64,000 bases of DNA from a virus, in IMG/VR virus record IMGVR_UViG_3300017917_000601, positions 12,935 through 76,934 of that record, one strand, 5' to 3'. Every line of letters starts with the position of its first letter. Position 1 is the stretch's first letter. The position numbers and the translations under genes are program-made. Positions 19,801-29,103 of this stretch are shown here, piece after piece. The notes beneath the pieces are model-generated. The model was not told the origin of the DNA. It saw nothing but the letters and a program-made list of their open reading frames with translations, and made no database searches.

Positions 19801-20223
19801 TGCTTGAGTACAGGCATGTTTAATTGTAGAGAATGCAGTTCCCCAAGACAATCCACTGTTAGCATCACTGCCTGTAGGACTTACATAATAAATTTTTGTA
19901 TTGACACCGTTGTCTTGCCAGGTTGGTACTCCGCTAACTACGGTTAACACCTGTCCAGATGACCCAATGGGTAGTCTAGCATCTTGACTAGTTTCTCTAT
20001 AAATTATGTCGCCCTTGGTGGTAGTTACTGTACTACCTTCTACCATTAGTTCAAACTTTGAAGAATTTGTAGCCCAACTAGTTGCACTAGTATGGCCTAC
20101 TATACAAGCATAGCTTGATCCGTTATAGCGAACTACATCGTCTTTGACGTAGGTTTGCCCAAGAGCCCATGCTCCTCTCCAGTTAAATTTAATTTTACCT
20201 AAATTAATTGATGTAATTGCCAT
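16819..20223 (-). CDS. Tail fibre/spike with beta-helix region and C-terminal S74-type self-cleaving chaperone
   Basis: N-terminal LGKIKFNWRGAW; YYVSP.GSD.N.G beta-helix start; SSLTSVGTL repeats; C-terminal NSDATLK...GMIAQEVE...LLVEAIKE. Confidence 0.88.
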   Translation of the reverse strand: MAITSINLGKIKFNWRGAWALGQTYVKDDVVRYNGSSYACIVGHTSATSWATNSSKFELMVEGSTVTTTKGDIIYRETSQDARLPIGSSGQVLTVVSGVPTWQDNGVNTKIYYVSPTGSDANSGLSWGTAFSTIKHACTQAVGPATIYVASGVYLEQLPITVPSFVAVVGDNQRTTTVKAAPGYEQQTMWRLGDGALLNKMLFEGLTGYVPYAPNDQNIDQSTIGGVYVAFDPLTPIATKSPYVIECSAKSAGSVGALLDGSVHATGLKSMVFHGYTVILDGGVGFWVKDNAKSEIVSCFTYFCHTGYAATRGGKIRALNGNNSYGTYGVLASGTNLTETTLNGTLYGDMLEYTAISLTGGSFSVGNTITGQSSGAVAVVTNVQPSARKIYYKVTSGGPFTAGETISNGLGVSAAIATGGVTGQSGFILIATGFVVEPRPGGSIEFTTGDTNTYVIQSVSGWTNSSSVTTIVLAGEKSIPSVDGTSVKIRYDYSNIRLTGHDFLSIGTGGVATTNYPGIPFQAASQGNEVIELFPARVFYVSTDQDGNFRVGEYFKVDQATGRATLNASAFDLSGLTSLRLGSIGAQLGEQINEFSADATLSGNSNLAVPTEQAVKTYFTQVSSNIVPSVTNLYTLGTSSILYDKIYVNKVIGPSTLILDPAAEGNDTGTVQIKGNLQVDGTTTTINSTTLTVDDKNIVLGSGAINDAAADGSGITVESGDGNKTFNWVDATNAFTANQNIGVASTFGYLVDGTSVLNATTLGSGVTASSLTSVGTLTSLTVSGTVAANGSGGITTSQTGTVPLFNTNATGLNIGGAATAVAIGAGTGTTTINNNAVVAGDLEFRGGDLTVNSSSTTVNIVNTNATTVNAFGAGTAISIGAGTGTTTINNDLSIATGKTFRINNTTVLSATALGSGVTSSSLTSVGTLGSLSVTNLVSGGAYYATANQSVVLKDAANGAFLGHQASDGTSGWSLSTACISIKADTTTYASMGMATGNGILYFARTATTNGSMNSWLEVANTRVATFKAGITVEGNISATGTITSNSDATLKTNVSTIENALEKALALRGVMYNRISNGNREMGMIAQEVEAIIPELVVTDENGIKSLAYANTVALLVEAIKEQQKQIDDLKGKI

Positions 20224-20240
20224 AGTGTTATTCCGTTATT

Positions 20241-21026
20241 TTAACTAAATGTAACAATTAAGTTACCGCTAGCATCCATTGAATACGAGTAATTTGATGT
20301 ACCTATATCCGTATCTTCATATAGGTCATTTCCAGTTGCATCTTGTAAAGACACTGTTGAATCTTGTGTATAAGAGTAAATTAAGTCGCCGCTTGAATTA
20401 ACACTAAATCCGTGGAACATAGTGTCATATGAAATTTCTCCAGCTACGTCAACTGCAAACCCCGAACCTATTATTATTCCACCTAATACAGATGTTGTTG
20501 CTGGCACTAACGGGTTAGTGCTAATTACTCCGTTAGCATCAACTGATATACCGGTTCCAACAATAACACCGCCTAGAGTATTAGTAGTTGCTTTTGCAAG
20601 TGCAGTTGTAATACTAATATCAGCAGTACCATCAAATGCAACACCGTTAATGCTTCTTGCTGTTTGTAATTTTGTTGCTGTGGCGGCGTTACCAACAATA
20701 GTATTTGTAACAGTTAAATTAGTTAATGTTCCAACGCTTGTTAGACTTGAACTAACAACATTAGAGGCTAGTGTAGTTCCAGTAAGAGTACTCGATGCCG
20801 CGGTAACAGTAATGTTAGCGGTTCCGTCAAATGCAACGCCGTTGATGTTCCTTGACGTCTGTAATTTAGTAGCACTTGCCGCGTTGCCAGAAAGCACGTA
20901 AGTAGCAACATTAGACATGTTACTTTTCTTACTGACAGGAATTTGACCACTGTTGTCTACAACAGGAATCGTAACTGTTCCGTCTATCGTTGTTAACGGG
21001 GTAAGTTCGGAGATCTTAATTGGCAT
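20241..21026 (-). CDS. Short fibre/adaptor protein
   Basis: N-terminal IKISEL; two ATKLQT.R.INGVAFDGTA.I repeats; AT...LGG.I.G.G repeats. Confidence 0.75.
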   Translation of the reverse strand: MPIKISELTPLTTIDGTVTIPVVDNSGQIPVSKKSNMSNVATYVLSGNAASATKLQTSRNINGVAFDGTANITVTAASSTLTGTTLASNVVSSSLTSVGTLTNLTVTNTIVGNAATATKLQTARSINGVAFDGTADISITTALAKATTNTLGGVIVGTGISVDANGVISTNPLVPATTSVLGGIIIGSGFAVDVAGEISYDTMFHGFSVNSSGDLIYSYTQDSTVSLQDATGNDLYEDTDIGTSNYSYSMDASGNLIVTFS

Positions 21027-21032
21027 GTTTTA

Positions 21033-21824
21033 TTAACCGATAACAAACGTTAACGGTGTTCCTCCTACTACATTTGTTTCTAATTCTTTATCTAATTCTT
21101 TTTGCTCTTCTTTGCCTGCGGCTAGAAGTGCTGTTCCGTTGAGTTGAATAGGACTTTGCGGGCCAGCAATACTACCAAATTTACTACGTGCTTCACCTAG
21201 CATTACTTTGCAAGTTGCTAGACTATAATCATATAACCACTGTTTGATATAAACATCCTGTAGTAGTACAAAGTCTGGTCTAAAGTTGTGTGTTCTTAAC
21301 AAAACTTGTTCGCCTTGTGCAAACGGTCTTTGTAAAATTGTTAAAATATGATTAGTTGGATTCCATTTAAATTCAATAAATGCTCCAAACATTTTTCCAA
21401 CAAGTTTTTGATATCCTGCAAATAATTCATAAGTTGCAAGACCACCTAGCATACTTCCTGTTAGTAAGTAGGTATTTGTATAAGCTAAGTTAAAAGGTTC
21501 AAATAATGTGCCGCCAGCACCGGTACCACTACGTGATCCAATAGCACGTCTAAAAATTTGACGAACCTCAATAACTTCGTTGGGCAATCTGTACTCATTT
21601 ACATCCTGCTGTAATTCTAAGAACATATAGCTTTCTTCAACAGAAGCACTGCTTTTTTGTCTTAATCTGCTAAGTGCGCGATCTAACGCAAGCTCGTAGT
21701 GTTTGGGATCTAATTCTACTTCGACCATGCCGTCGCCCAGCATAGTTTTGCAGTAATCAAACACTTTGTTGCGCTCTAGAGTGCTGTTAGATTGCCCCGG
21801 ATCTTGAGGGTATGTATCGGCCAT
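21033..21824 (-). CDS. 13: Neck protein gp13-like
   Basis: DYC..MLG..MVEVELD, W..DY.LA..K..LG..RSKF, final P..F.IG. Confidence 0.8.
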   Translation of the reverse strand: MADTYPQDPGQSNSTLERNKVFDYCKTMLGDGMVEVELDPKHYELALDRALSRLRQKSSASVEESYMFLELQQDVNEYRLPNEVIEVRQIFRRAIGSRSGTGAGGTLFEPFNLAYTNTYLLTGSMLGGLATYELFAGYQKLVGKMFGAFIEFKWNPTNHILTILQRPFAQGEQVLLRTHNFRPDFVLLQDVYIKQWLYDYSLATCKVMLGEARSKFGSIAGPQSPIQLNGTALLAAGKEEQKELDKELETNVVGGTPLTFVIG

Positions 21825-21840
21825 TATTAGTTCTCCTAGT

Positions 21841-21862
21841 ATATTTATCTAGCGATAAATAT
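21841..21862. promoter_or_regulatory. Back-to-back late promoter cores forming an inverted repeat (gp13 / gp14)
   Basis: ATATTTATC-tagc-GATAAATAT gives GATAAATA on both strands. Confidence 0.7.
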
Positions 21863-21866
21863 CATT

Positions 21867-23297
21867 ATGCCACGATTATCTTTATATAAGCCCGAGCGAG
21901 GGCAAGATTATTCCTTTATAGACCGTCAGATTTCTGAAGCATTTCAGATGGGCGGCACAGATATCTACCTGCACAAATATATAGGTACAGGCGAAGGTGC
22001 TGATTTTAAAGACGTAACACAGATACAAGATCTTGTGTTTTTAGAAAATCGTGACAGAAAATACGATCAAGAAATCTACAGAATTCGAGGAATTTACAAC
22101 GTACAAAACATTGACTTTAACCTAAGTCAGTTTGGTCTGTTTATCGACAATGACACGCTCTATATGACCGTGCATATTAATGATTTTATCAAATTTATTG
22201 GTCGTAAACCACTCAGCGGCGATGTTATGGAGTTGCCACATTTACGTGACGAGTTTGCACTTAACGGAGCAGATGTTAGCTTACCTAGATACTATGTTAT
22301 TGAAGATGTGGGCCGTGCTAGCGAAGGGTTTAGTGCTACGTGGTATCCTCATCTATACAGATTAAAACTTAAGAAAATTATGGATAGCCAGCAGTTTGCT
22401 GATATCCTTAACAAGCCAGCTACAGATTCTATGGGTAATCCTAGTGCTAGTGGTGATACACTATTAGACATCTTAAGCACGTATCAAAAGGAACTTGCTG
22501 TTAACAATGCTGTTATTGCTGAAGCTGATTTAGACACTAATACAGCACATCCGTACGATAAAGATGATCCTAACAGTCCCCCTGTAGGAAAGAGCGGTTA
22601 TGAAACAAGACAATTCTATACTTTAGCTGTAAACGAGCAAGGTAAGACTGTTTTAAATACCGCTGACAATGGTAGTTTGCTTGCATCTGGAACTATATTA
22701 TCTACTGAAAGTGTAGCTAGGCCATTAAAGACTGGTTATACAGGATACTTAGTCGGAGATGGGTTTCCGGACAACGGGCACGAGTTTGGTCACGGTATTC
22801 AATTTCCGGAGCTTGCTGGAGAAGGCGATTATTTCTTAAGAACAGATTTCCTGCCAAATCGTCTTTTTAGATTTAAAGAAAATCGCTGGATAAGACTCGA
22901 AGACAACGTAAGAATGGAACTATCTAATACCAGCACAAGACAAACACTTAAGACTAGCTTTATTAATAATACTGCATATCTATACGATCAAGCAGTTGCA
23001 ATTGATTATGTTACAATTACAGCTAATGCATCTGTAATAGATACTGATGTAAATTATCCAGTGTCTGCTCTGTACCTAGTGTTTAAATTTGAAACTACTG
23101 AAATAGCATTTACTGTTGCCAGCCATACAGGATTGTTAACTAACAATGCTGGAAAAGTAAGAATAAATCTTCCAATTGTTAACACCGTGCAACAAGTTAT
23201 ACCTTACTCAGGTACTTGGAAAGTCAGTTTCTGCAATGGCAGAGTTGAACAGCGACAAGCTCTTAGCAAGGCTTTAAGACCAAAGGCAGATCTATAA
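21867..23297 (+). CDS. 14: Neck protein gp14-like (extended)
   Basis: E...MGGTDIY, D..F.ENRDRKY, LSQFGLF, GD..ELPH; lies between gp13 and gp15. Confidence 0.7.
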   Translation: MPRLSLYKPERGQDYSFIDRQISEAFQMGGTDIYLHKYIGTGEGADFKDVTQIQDLVFLENRDRKYDQEIYRIRGIYNVQNIDFNLSQFGLFIDNDTLYMTVHINDFIKFIGRKPLSGDVMELPHLRDEFALNGADVSLPRYYVIEDVGRASEGFSATWYPHLYRLKLKKIMDSQQFADILNKPATDSMGNPSASGDTLLDILSTYQKELAVNNAVIAEADLDTNTAHPYDKDDPNSPPVGKSGYETRQFYTLAVNEQGKTVLNTADNGSLLASGTILSTESVARPLKTGYTGYLVGDGFPDNGHEFGHGIQFPELAGEGDYFLRTDFLPNRLFRFKENRWIRLEDNVRMELSNTSTRQTLKTSFINNTAYLYDQAVAIDYVTITANASVIDTDVNYPVSALYLVFKFETTEIAFTVASHTGLLTNNAGKVRINLPIVNTVQQVIPYSGTWKVSFCNGRVEQRQALSKALRPKADL

Positions 23298-24763
23298 TGC
23301 AATATTTTTACGATGCACAGATAAGACGATATCTAATACAGACTATTCGTGTTCTAAGTAATTTTACTGTAAGATACAGTGATGGAACTCTTAGACAAAT
23401 ACCAGTAATGTACGGAGATAGTGATCGTCAAGCCGCAACTATTATCAATCAAAACTCTGAAAATACTCTACGTTCAGTACCAAGGATCGCTGTTTATATT
23501 ACTGGATTAGATATTGATAGAGACAGATTAAGTGATGCTAGTTTCGTAGGTAAAGTGCATGTTCGTGAGAGAGCTGTAGAAAATGGACAATACACTTCAG
23601 GGCAAGGACGTAACTATACAGTTGAACGTCTAATGCCTACTCCGTTTAAACTTACTATGAAGTGTGACATTTGGGCCAGCAACACTGATCAAAAGTTGCA
23701 GATTTTAGAACAGCTATTAGTGTTGTTTAATCCTAGTCTTGAACTTCAAACATCTGACAACTACCTAGACTGGACTAGCCTAAGTGTATTAAATTTAAAC
23801 AATGTTAACTGGAGCAGTAGGACAGTTCCTGTTGGCACTGACAGTCAAATAGATGTAGCAACATTAACATTAGATACACCTATTTGGATCAGCCCGCCTG
23901 CTAAAGTTAAACATCTTGGTGTTATTACAAAAATTATTACCAGTTTGTACGATGCATCTGTTACTGATAACAACACTTACATTGAAGGTCTAGGACAGCC
24001 TCTAGTTCCTGCACAGACTACACTAAGCTCGTTATTAGCTCGAGACGTTGTTACTATTACAGACTACGATCTCCAAGTCTACAATGGCAGAGGTATCTTA
24101 TTACCAAGAAGTGAAAGCAGTATTCCTAGAGAACCCACACTAGATGTTCCTGTTAGACAGGGCAATACATCAATTAGCTGGTTAGAAGTATTTGAAAAAT
24201 ATCCAGGCAAATACACAGCAGGATCGAGTACACTTTACGTCATGCAACCTAACGGAACAGAAATTGTTGGTACAGTTGCGGTTGATCCGTTAGATGAATT
24301 CACACTAATGGTAAATTGGGATTCTGACACATATCCTAGCGATACACTAATTGACTCAAGTGGTCTAATGTTAGGTGATCAAGGGTTTGATCAAAACTCT
24401 GCTAGAGGAACATTTGATGCAATCATTGACCCTACAAAAGTTTATCCAGGAAACGGAATTTCAAATCTTGTAGCTGGTGATAGATTTTTAATAATTGAAG
24501 ATATTATAGATACTAGTGCTAATGATGTTTCTGCAAGAGCTTGGGGTACGTTTGTAGCTAAGGCTAACGATATTATCGAGTGGACAGGCACTGCATGGCA
24601 AGTAATATTTGAAGCCGCTCAAGAAACAGACACTCTCATATGGCAGACTAATATATACAAGAGCCAAGCTAATACTAGAATACAGTTTGTATGGAACGGT
24701 GTTCAGTGGGCTAAGAGCTTTGAAGGTGAATATACGGTAGGCCAATGGAGACTAGAACTGTAA
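23297..24763 (+). CDS. 15: Tail terminator/sheath stabiliser gp15-like (extended)
   Basis: YFYD.QIRRY, IPVMYG, PRI, MPTPF.L, QILEQ...LFNP, WISPP. Confidence 0.8.
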   Translation: MQYFYDAQIRRYLIQTIRVLSNFTVRYSDGTLRQIPVMYGDSDRQAATIINQNSENTLRSVPRIAVYITGLDIDRDRLSDASFVGKVHVRERAVENGQYTSGQGRNYTVERLMPTPFKLTMKCDIWASNTDQKLQILEQLLVLFNPSLELQTSDNYLDWTSLSVLNLNNVNWSSRTVPVGTDSQIDVATLTLDTPIWISPPAKVKHLGVITKIITSLYDASVTDNNTYIEGLGQPLVPAQTTLSSLLARDVVTITDYDLQVYNGRGILLPRSESSIPREPTLDVPVRQGNTSISWLEVFEKYPGKYTAGSSTLYVMQPNGTEIVGTVAVDPLDEFTLMVNWDSDTYPSDTLIDSSGLMLGDQGFDQNSARGTFDAIIDPTKVYPGNGISNLVAGDRFLIIEDIIDTSANDVSARAWGTFVAKANDIIEWTGTAWQVIFEAAQETDTLIWQTNIYKSQANTRIQFVWNGVQWAKSFEGEYTVGQWRLEL

Positions 24764-25194
24764 CTGATAAGATTGTATGTAGCGGAGCATTGTTCTACGC
24801 TAAATCTACACGAAGATTCTTACTGTTACAAAAAGCCAACGGCAAACATCAAGGAACTTGGGGCCTAGTAGGCGGCACAAACCTACAAAATGAAAATCCT
24901 TGGCAAGGTCTACAGCGAGAAATTGCCGAGGAAATTGGTGTTACTCCTGCAATCATTAAAACTATTCCTCTAGAAACGTTTGTTAGCAACGACAAAGTTT
25001 TTAATTTTCACACCTACTTGTGTGTTATTGAGGATGAGTTTATTCCAAAATTAAGCCCAGAACATTGTGCCTGGGCTTGGTCAACTATTGATTGGGCTCC
25101 TAAACCGTTACACCAGGGTTTAAGAAATAGTTTTTCTAGTAAGATTATAAGAGCTAAATTACAGACAGTATTTGATATTGTTGACTTAATTTAA
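24745..25194 (+). CDS. Nudix hydrolase
   Basis: Nudix box GGTNLQNENPWQGLQREIAEEIG. Confidence 0.9.
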   Translation: METRTVTDKIVCSGALFYAKSTRRFLLLQKANGKHQGTWGLVGGTNLQNENPWQGLQREIAEEIGVTPAIIKTIPLETFVSNDKVFNFHTYLCVIEDEFIPKLSPEHCAWAWSTIDWAPKPLHQGLRNSFSSKIIRAKLQTVFDIVDLI

Positions 25195-25397
25195 GCCTCA
25201 TCTAACTTATAGAATGTGTATCTTTCAATATTTTGATCTGGGTGTTTCGCTATAGACAATTTTCTTCCAGAGCATTTAAAAGAATATTCAGATAACTCCG
25301 CATCTGGCATGCTTGCAGTATCAAATCCTAGATCTATTCTCCAAGAAAATCTCGGATATTTAGTGTGTATTTCTGTAACTTCTTCGTCAGTAAACAT
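25191..25397 (-). CDS. Small hypothetical protein
   Basis: 68-aa ORF with GAGGA RBS and GATAAATA upstream. Confidence 0.6.
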   Translation of the reverse strand: MFTDEEVTEIHTKYPRFSWRIDLGFDTASMPDAELSEYSFKCSGRKLSIAKHPDQNIERYTFYKLDEA

Positions 25398-25496
25398 AAG
25401 TTATTCCTCTCTGATTGATTATTTATCGACGACTATCGCCAAATGATTTGTTTTATTTGCTAGAATAAGATAAAATAAGCTACTTAGAGGTAAAAC

Positions 25497-26282
25497 ATGT
25501 TTTTTAAAAAATCTACAATATACCTAGACTGTTATACAACCCAAACACATGTTTATGATCTATTCAAAATTGAATCGGCCAAAAAACACGTTCCTGATTG
25601 GTTTAGGGAGTTGCCTAACACGTTTGACGACCCTCGTTCGATAATTCCAATACCTACTGCAAAAACTTGCTCAGGTATTGCTAGTTTTTTTAGAACTGGA
25701 TTTATTATTCCATTATGGTCTGATGCTAAACTAGGTTATGCTCCTATACCCAACGGTTACACTACTACTATTCAACCAGTTACACAGTTCTCTGATCAAC
25801 TAACAAAGTGTCAGATACACGAACAAAAACAAATTGGCAAGGATTTTATGCCTGATAATCTCTATGCTCATTTTAAAATATTTTCCCCTTGGGTTTTTGA
25901 GTGTAGTGAAAATATCGACTGGCTGTGGTTGCAACCAACATATAACTTTAAAGAACCAGATAGCATAACAGTCTTACCTGGTGTACTAGACTTTAAGTAT
26001 AATTCAAATGTTTTTATTAATTTTAGCATAAGAAAAACCAGCCCGTCTAATTCACCTAACTTACTAAGTTTAGAAGCAGGACAACCGTTAGTTCATTTAG
26101 TTCCAATAACTGATAAAGAAGTTATTGTTAGAAATCACATTGTAACTGTTGACCAATGGAATAAGATTTCTCAAAAAAATAACAGAGTATTCTTTTCTAA
26201 TAATCACAACAAAAAACGAAAACTATTGCAGGAGCAAGAAGTTTTAAAAAGCAAGTGCCCTTTTGGATTTAAAAAATTATGA
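25497..26282 (+). CDS. Conserved-looking phage hypothetical protein (first gene of oxygenase cluster)
   Basis: 261-aa ORF with GAGG RBS; PDWF, T.K.C.G, GFIIPLWSD, K..SPW, PG..DF, AGQPL. Confidence 0.7.
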   Translation: MFFKKSTIYLDCYTTQTHVYDLFKIESAKKHVPDWFRELPNTFDDPRSIIPIPTAKTCSGIASFFRTGFIIPLWSDAKLGYAPIPNGYTTTIQPVTQFSDQLTKCQIHEQKQIGKDFMPDNLYAHFKIFSPWVFECSENIDWLWLQPTYNFKEPDSITVLPGVLDFKYNSNVFINFSIRKTSPSNSPNLLSLEAGQPLVHLVPITDKEVIVRNHIVTVDQWNKISQKNNRVFFSNNHNKKRKLLQEQEVLKSKCPFGFKKL

Positions 26283-26824
26283 TAGCAGACCACGCATTTA
26301 GACCCAACGTTTATACACCTGAAGAGTGTGCAGAAATATGCCGACTCATGGAGGCAAACATCAATGTAGCGATACGAGATTTACCAAGCAAAGACTCAGT
26401 TAAAACTTCTAAAGTCGGCATGGTAGAATTTGGAAAAGTCAAAGATAAATTAGAAAAATTCAAAAATATATGCCTCGACGGTAATAAACATTTATTTGGT
26501 TTTGATCTTTTTCAGTACACAGACCTAGAATATTTGATGTATAATGTCTACGACGTCGGTGGGGAATACAGCTGGCACATTGATGGTAGCCGTGGAGAAA
26601 TTAAAGATATTAAACTAACTGCACTACTTAATGTAAGTACTGAACCATATGAAGGCGGAGAATTAGAAGTATTCTTTAGTTCTAAACCAGAACCCATTAC
26701 CCAATTTAGAGCGCCAGGATCATTTTTTATTTTCCCTAGCTGGATGCCACATCGGGTTACTCCAGTAACTAGTGGCCGTAGAACAACCATTACCTTATTT
26801 TTACAAGGCCCAAATTTTAGATAA
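26279..26824 (+). CDS. 2OG-Fe(II) oxygenase (prolyl-hydroxylase-like)
   Basis: YSWHID (HxD), YEGGEL, FPSWMPHRVTPVTSGRR. Confidence 0.9.
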   Translation: MIADHAFRPNVYTPEECAEICRLMEANINVAIRDLPSKDSVKTSKVGMVEFGKVKDKLEKFKNICLDGNKHLFGFDLFQYTDLEYLMYNVYDVGGEYSWHIDGSRGEIKDIKLTALLNVSTEPYEGGELEVFFSSKPEPITQFRAPGSFFIFPSWMPHRVTPVTSGRRTTITLFLQGPNFR

Positions 26825-26834
26825 AAGGATCAAT

Positions 26835-27428
26835 ATGAATATTCACAGCCTATTTCCACAACCAGTTGCTCAAGTTAATCTTAATAGAAAATTAACTGAA
26901 GAAGAGTACAACTGCATAATGACTCAAGAGTTAAGGCCAGATTTTGTAAATGCTATTAGTAATGATTTTAAAGTATTGGATCGTCCAGAACTAAAACAAA
27001 TCAAAGCGTTTTGTGAGTACTATACAAACATTTTCTTTGAAAAAGTATTTGATCCCATGACAGAGATAAAACCACAGTTAACTCTTAGTTGGGTAAACTA
27101 TAATAAAAAAGGTGATTGGTGTAACGAACACAATCATTCAAATAGCGTTATTAGTGGTGTATTTTATGTACAGACCTACGACAATGATGCTATTATGTTT
27201 CATAATGAACCACAGTTTAGACAGCTATCTTGGTTAAATCGAGAAGACAATCCATGGAACGCTGAAATGGCAATGTTTCCTGCAATCGAAGGCGACCTAT
27301 TGTTGTTCAAATCTGATATGAAGCATCGAGTAGTACCAGTGCAACACGATAAAGTGCGTGTGAGTTTAGCGTTTAATGCATGGATCAGCGGTGATATTGG
27401 TGACGACTTGAGTGCTTTAAAACTCTAA
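26835..27428 (+). CDS. Putative 2OG-Fe(II) oxygenase (TIGR02466-like)
   Basis: LFP.PV, SWVN, HNHSNSVISGVFY, GDLLLF.S...H.V, RVSLAFN; ATG 26835 after AAGGA. Confidence 0.85.
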   Translation: MNIHSLFPQPVAQVNLNRKLTEEEYNCIMTQELRPDFVNAISNDFKVLDRPELKQIKAFCEYYTNIFFEKVFDPMTEIKPQLTLSWVNYNKKGDWCNEHNHSNSVISGVFYVQTYDNDAIMFHNEPQFRQLSWLNREDNPWNAEMAMFPAIEGDLLLFKSDMKHRVVPVQHDKVRVSLAFNAWISGDIGDDLSALKL

Positions 27429-27437
27429 GGATCTATT

Positions 27438-28013
27438 ATGCAGATTTATGAAAATATATTACCTAATGCGCTACTAAGAAAAGTACAAGACGTTGTATTA
27501 CACGACGGAACACCGTGGCAGTTTACAACTACTACTAACCAATCTGCTACTGATAAGTTATACGGATATAGTTGGGGGCATATTGCTTTGGATCAAAACG
27601 GCCCAAAAACTGCGGCAGCTGACGTATTACACACTGCGATTTTAATTGCTTTAGAAAACGCTGAACAACCTGTCAAAGAAATTTATAGAATACGATTAGG
27701 TCTACTAACTGTTACACACGAACGTAGAGTAAACGATCCTCATATAGATATAGATGTTCCGCATAAAACTGGTTTAATCTATCTCAACGAAGCTGACGGC
27801 CCGACTATATTTTATGAAAACAAATATAACACTAGCAGTAGGCTAAAAGGCATGCAATATTTAGAAAAGGTAATAGGTGATAAGTTAAAAATTGCAGAAG
27901 AAGTTGATCCAGTAGTCAATCGAATGGTCATATTTGATGGATTAACTTATCACTCTAGCACTACGCCTACTACTGTTCCAAGGCGTGTTGTGTTAAACTT
28001 TAACTTTAATTAA
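27438..28013 (+). CDS. Putative 2OG-Fe(II) oxygenase
   Basis: PHID (HxD), IYLN..DG.T, NR..IFDG..YHSS, R.VLNFN. Confidence 0.85.
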   Translation: MQIYENILPNALLRKVQDVVLHDGTPWQFTTTTNQSATDKLYGYSWGHIALDQNGPKTAAADVLHTAILIALENAEQPVKEIYRIRLGLLTVTHERRVNDPHIDIDVPHKTGLIYLNEADGPTIFYENKYNTSSRLKGMQYLEKVIGDKLKIAEEVDPVVNRMVIFDGLTYHSSTTPTTVPRRVVLNFNFN

Positions 28014-28417
28014 TGACTATGTCCGTGTATTTTGCAAAAAGGCTCTTCTTCAGATTTTGGCCTTAGTAACGGTAATAGTTTTATATCTAACGGCATTACA
28101 GATCTTTCGCCTGCGCTGGCGTAATACCAAACACCGTTTTCCATAAGATAATAATCTTCACAGAAGAACTTCTCAAAATGTCTCATGAAATCAGCAAAGT
28201 TAAAAAATGTCAGTGCAGGCGTAGCTACATCTGCTGGTTGATTTGCTGATTCTGTAATATATTTTTGAGAACCTTGATCAATCAAAGTTTTTACACGAGC
28301 TTGATCTTTCCAGTGTGATTGTAAGCAAGGTGCAAGATTGACGTAATCTCCAGATTCGCACATTATTGCCTTAATAATTTTTCCTTCTAATATTGCGATA
28401 GCTGATTTGGTCTCCAT
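28010..28417 (-). CDS. Hypothetical protein
   Basis: 135-aa ORF with AGGA RBS and CTAAGTA upstream. Confidence 0.65.
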   Translation of the reverse strand: METKSAIAILEGKIIKAIMCESGDYVNLAPCLQSHWKDQARVKTLIDQGSQKYITESANQPADVATPALTFFNFADFMRHFEKFFCEDYYLMENGVWYYASAGERSVMPLDIKLLPLLRPKSEEEPFCKIHGHSH

Positions 28418-28488
28418 AATGTTCCTTTGTGGTTATCTATTACTTAGTAGATTCTAAAATACTTTATTTTTCTTTAGAAAAACTGCTG

Positions 28489-28529
28489 TATAAATAGCAT
28501 TGTACTGCCTTCCCAAATAAAGATAAATA
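28489..28529 (+). promoter_or_regulatory. Tandem late promoter cores for the Cys-Cys-Cys cassette
   Basis: TATAAATA 28489-28496 and GATAAATA 28522-28529. Confidence 0.65.
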
Positions 28530-28557
28530 CTAGTAGATTATTGGCAGAGGAAAAAAC

Positions 28558-29094
28558 ATGGCATCATTGCAAAGTTCCACAGTTAGCGGAAACATTACAG
28601 CTAGCACCGGTGTTTATAAAGCTGGAGGCAACCAAACCCCATGGTATCGTATTCAGCATTGTGCTGATGCTACTAGCACAAGCATTTGTAATCCAACTTA
28701 TTCATGCGGTTGGTTACATATTAGAACACCGTTACCTGCTACAAACGCGGCTAGCGGTATTGGTTGGAATCCAAACATTGTAGAAGTCGTTGGTTTTCAT
28801 ACATACAGCGGTGAAGTTACTAGCGATTTTAAAGCTATTGTGAATAATAGCGGATACAGTGATAATGCTTGGTACGGGAATCAAATTCGAGCAAATCAAA
28901 GTAACTATAGTAGTATGGTTGTTTATCAGTCATCTAACAACTACGGAGGTCTCAGACGTGTATGCATTGCTGTTCCAAAGATAGGTTGTTGTTGCCAGGG
29001 GTGGATTTGGATACGCTGGTGGAATAACAGTGGCTATCGTGCTGACTTTGCTTGGGGAGTCGGTGCAAATAGTTCGAGCTCCTCAATATTTTAA
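28558..29094 (+). CDS. Cys-Cys-Cys motif protein, paralogue 1 (putative fibre tip)
   Basis: LHIRTPLP, GWNP.I.EVVG.HTYSGE, WYG.Q, GCCCQGWIWIRW shared with the next two ORFs. Confidence 0.75.
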   Translation: MASLQSSTVSGNITASTGVYKAGGNQTPWYRIQHCADATSTSICNPTYSCGWLHIRTPLPATNAASGIGWNPNIVEVVGFHTYSGEVTSDFKAIVNNSGYSDNAWYGNQIRANQSNYSSMVVYQSSNNYGGLRRVCIAVPKIGCCCQGWIWIRWWNNSGYRADFAWGVGANSSSSSIF

Positions 29095-29103
29095 GGATAT
29101 AAA

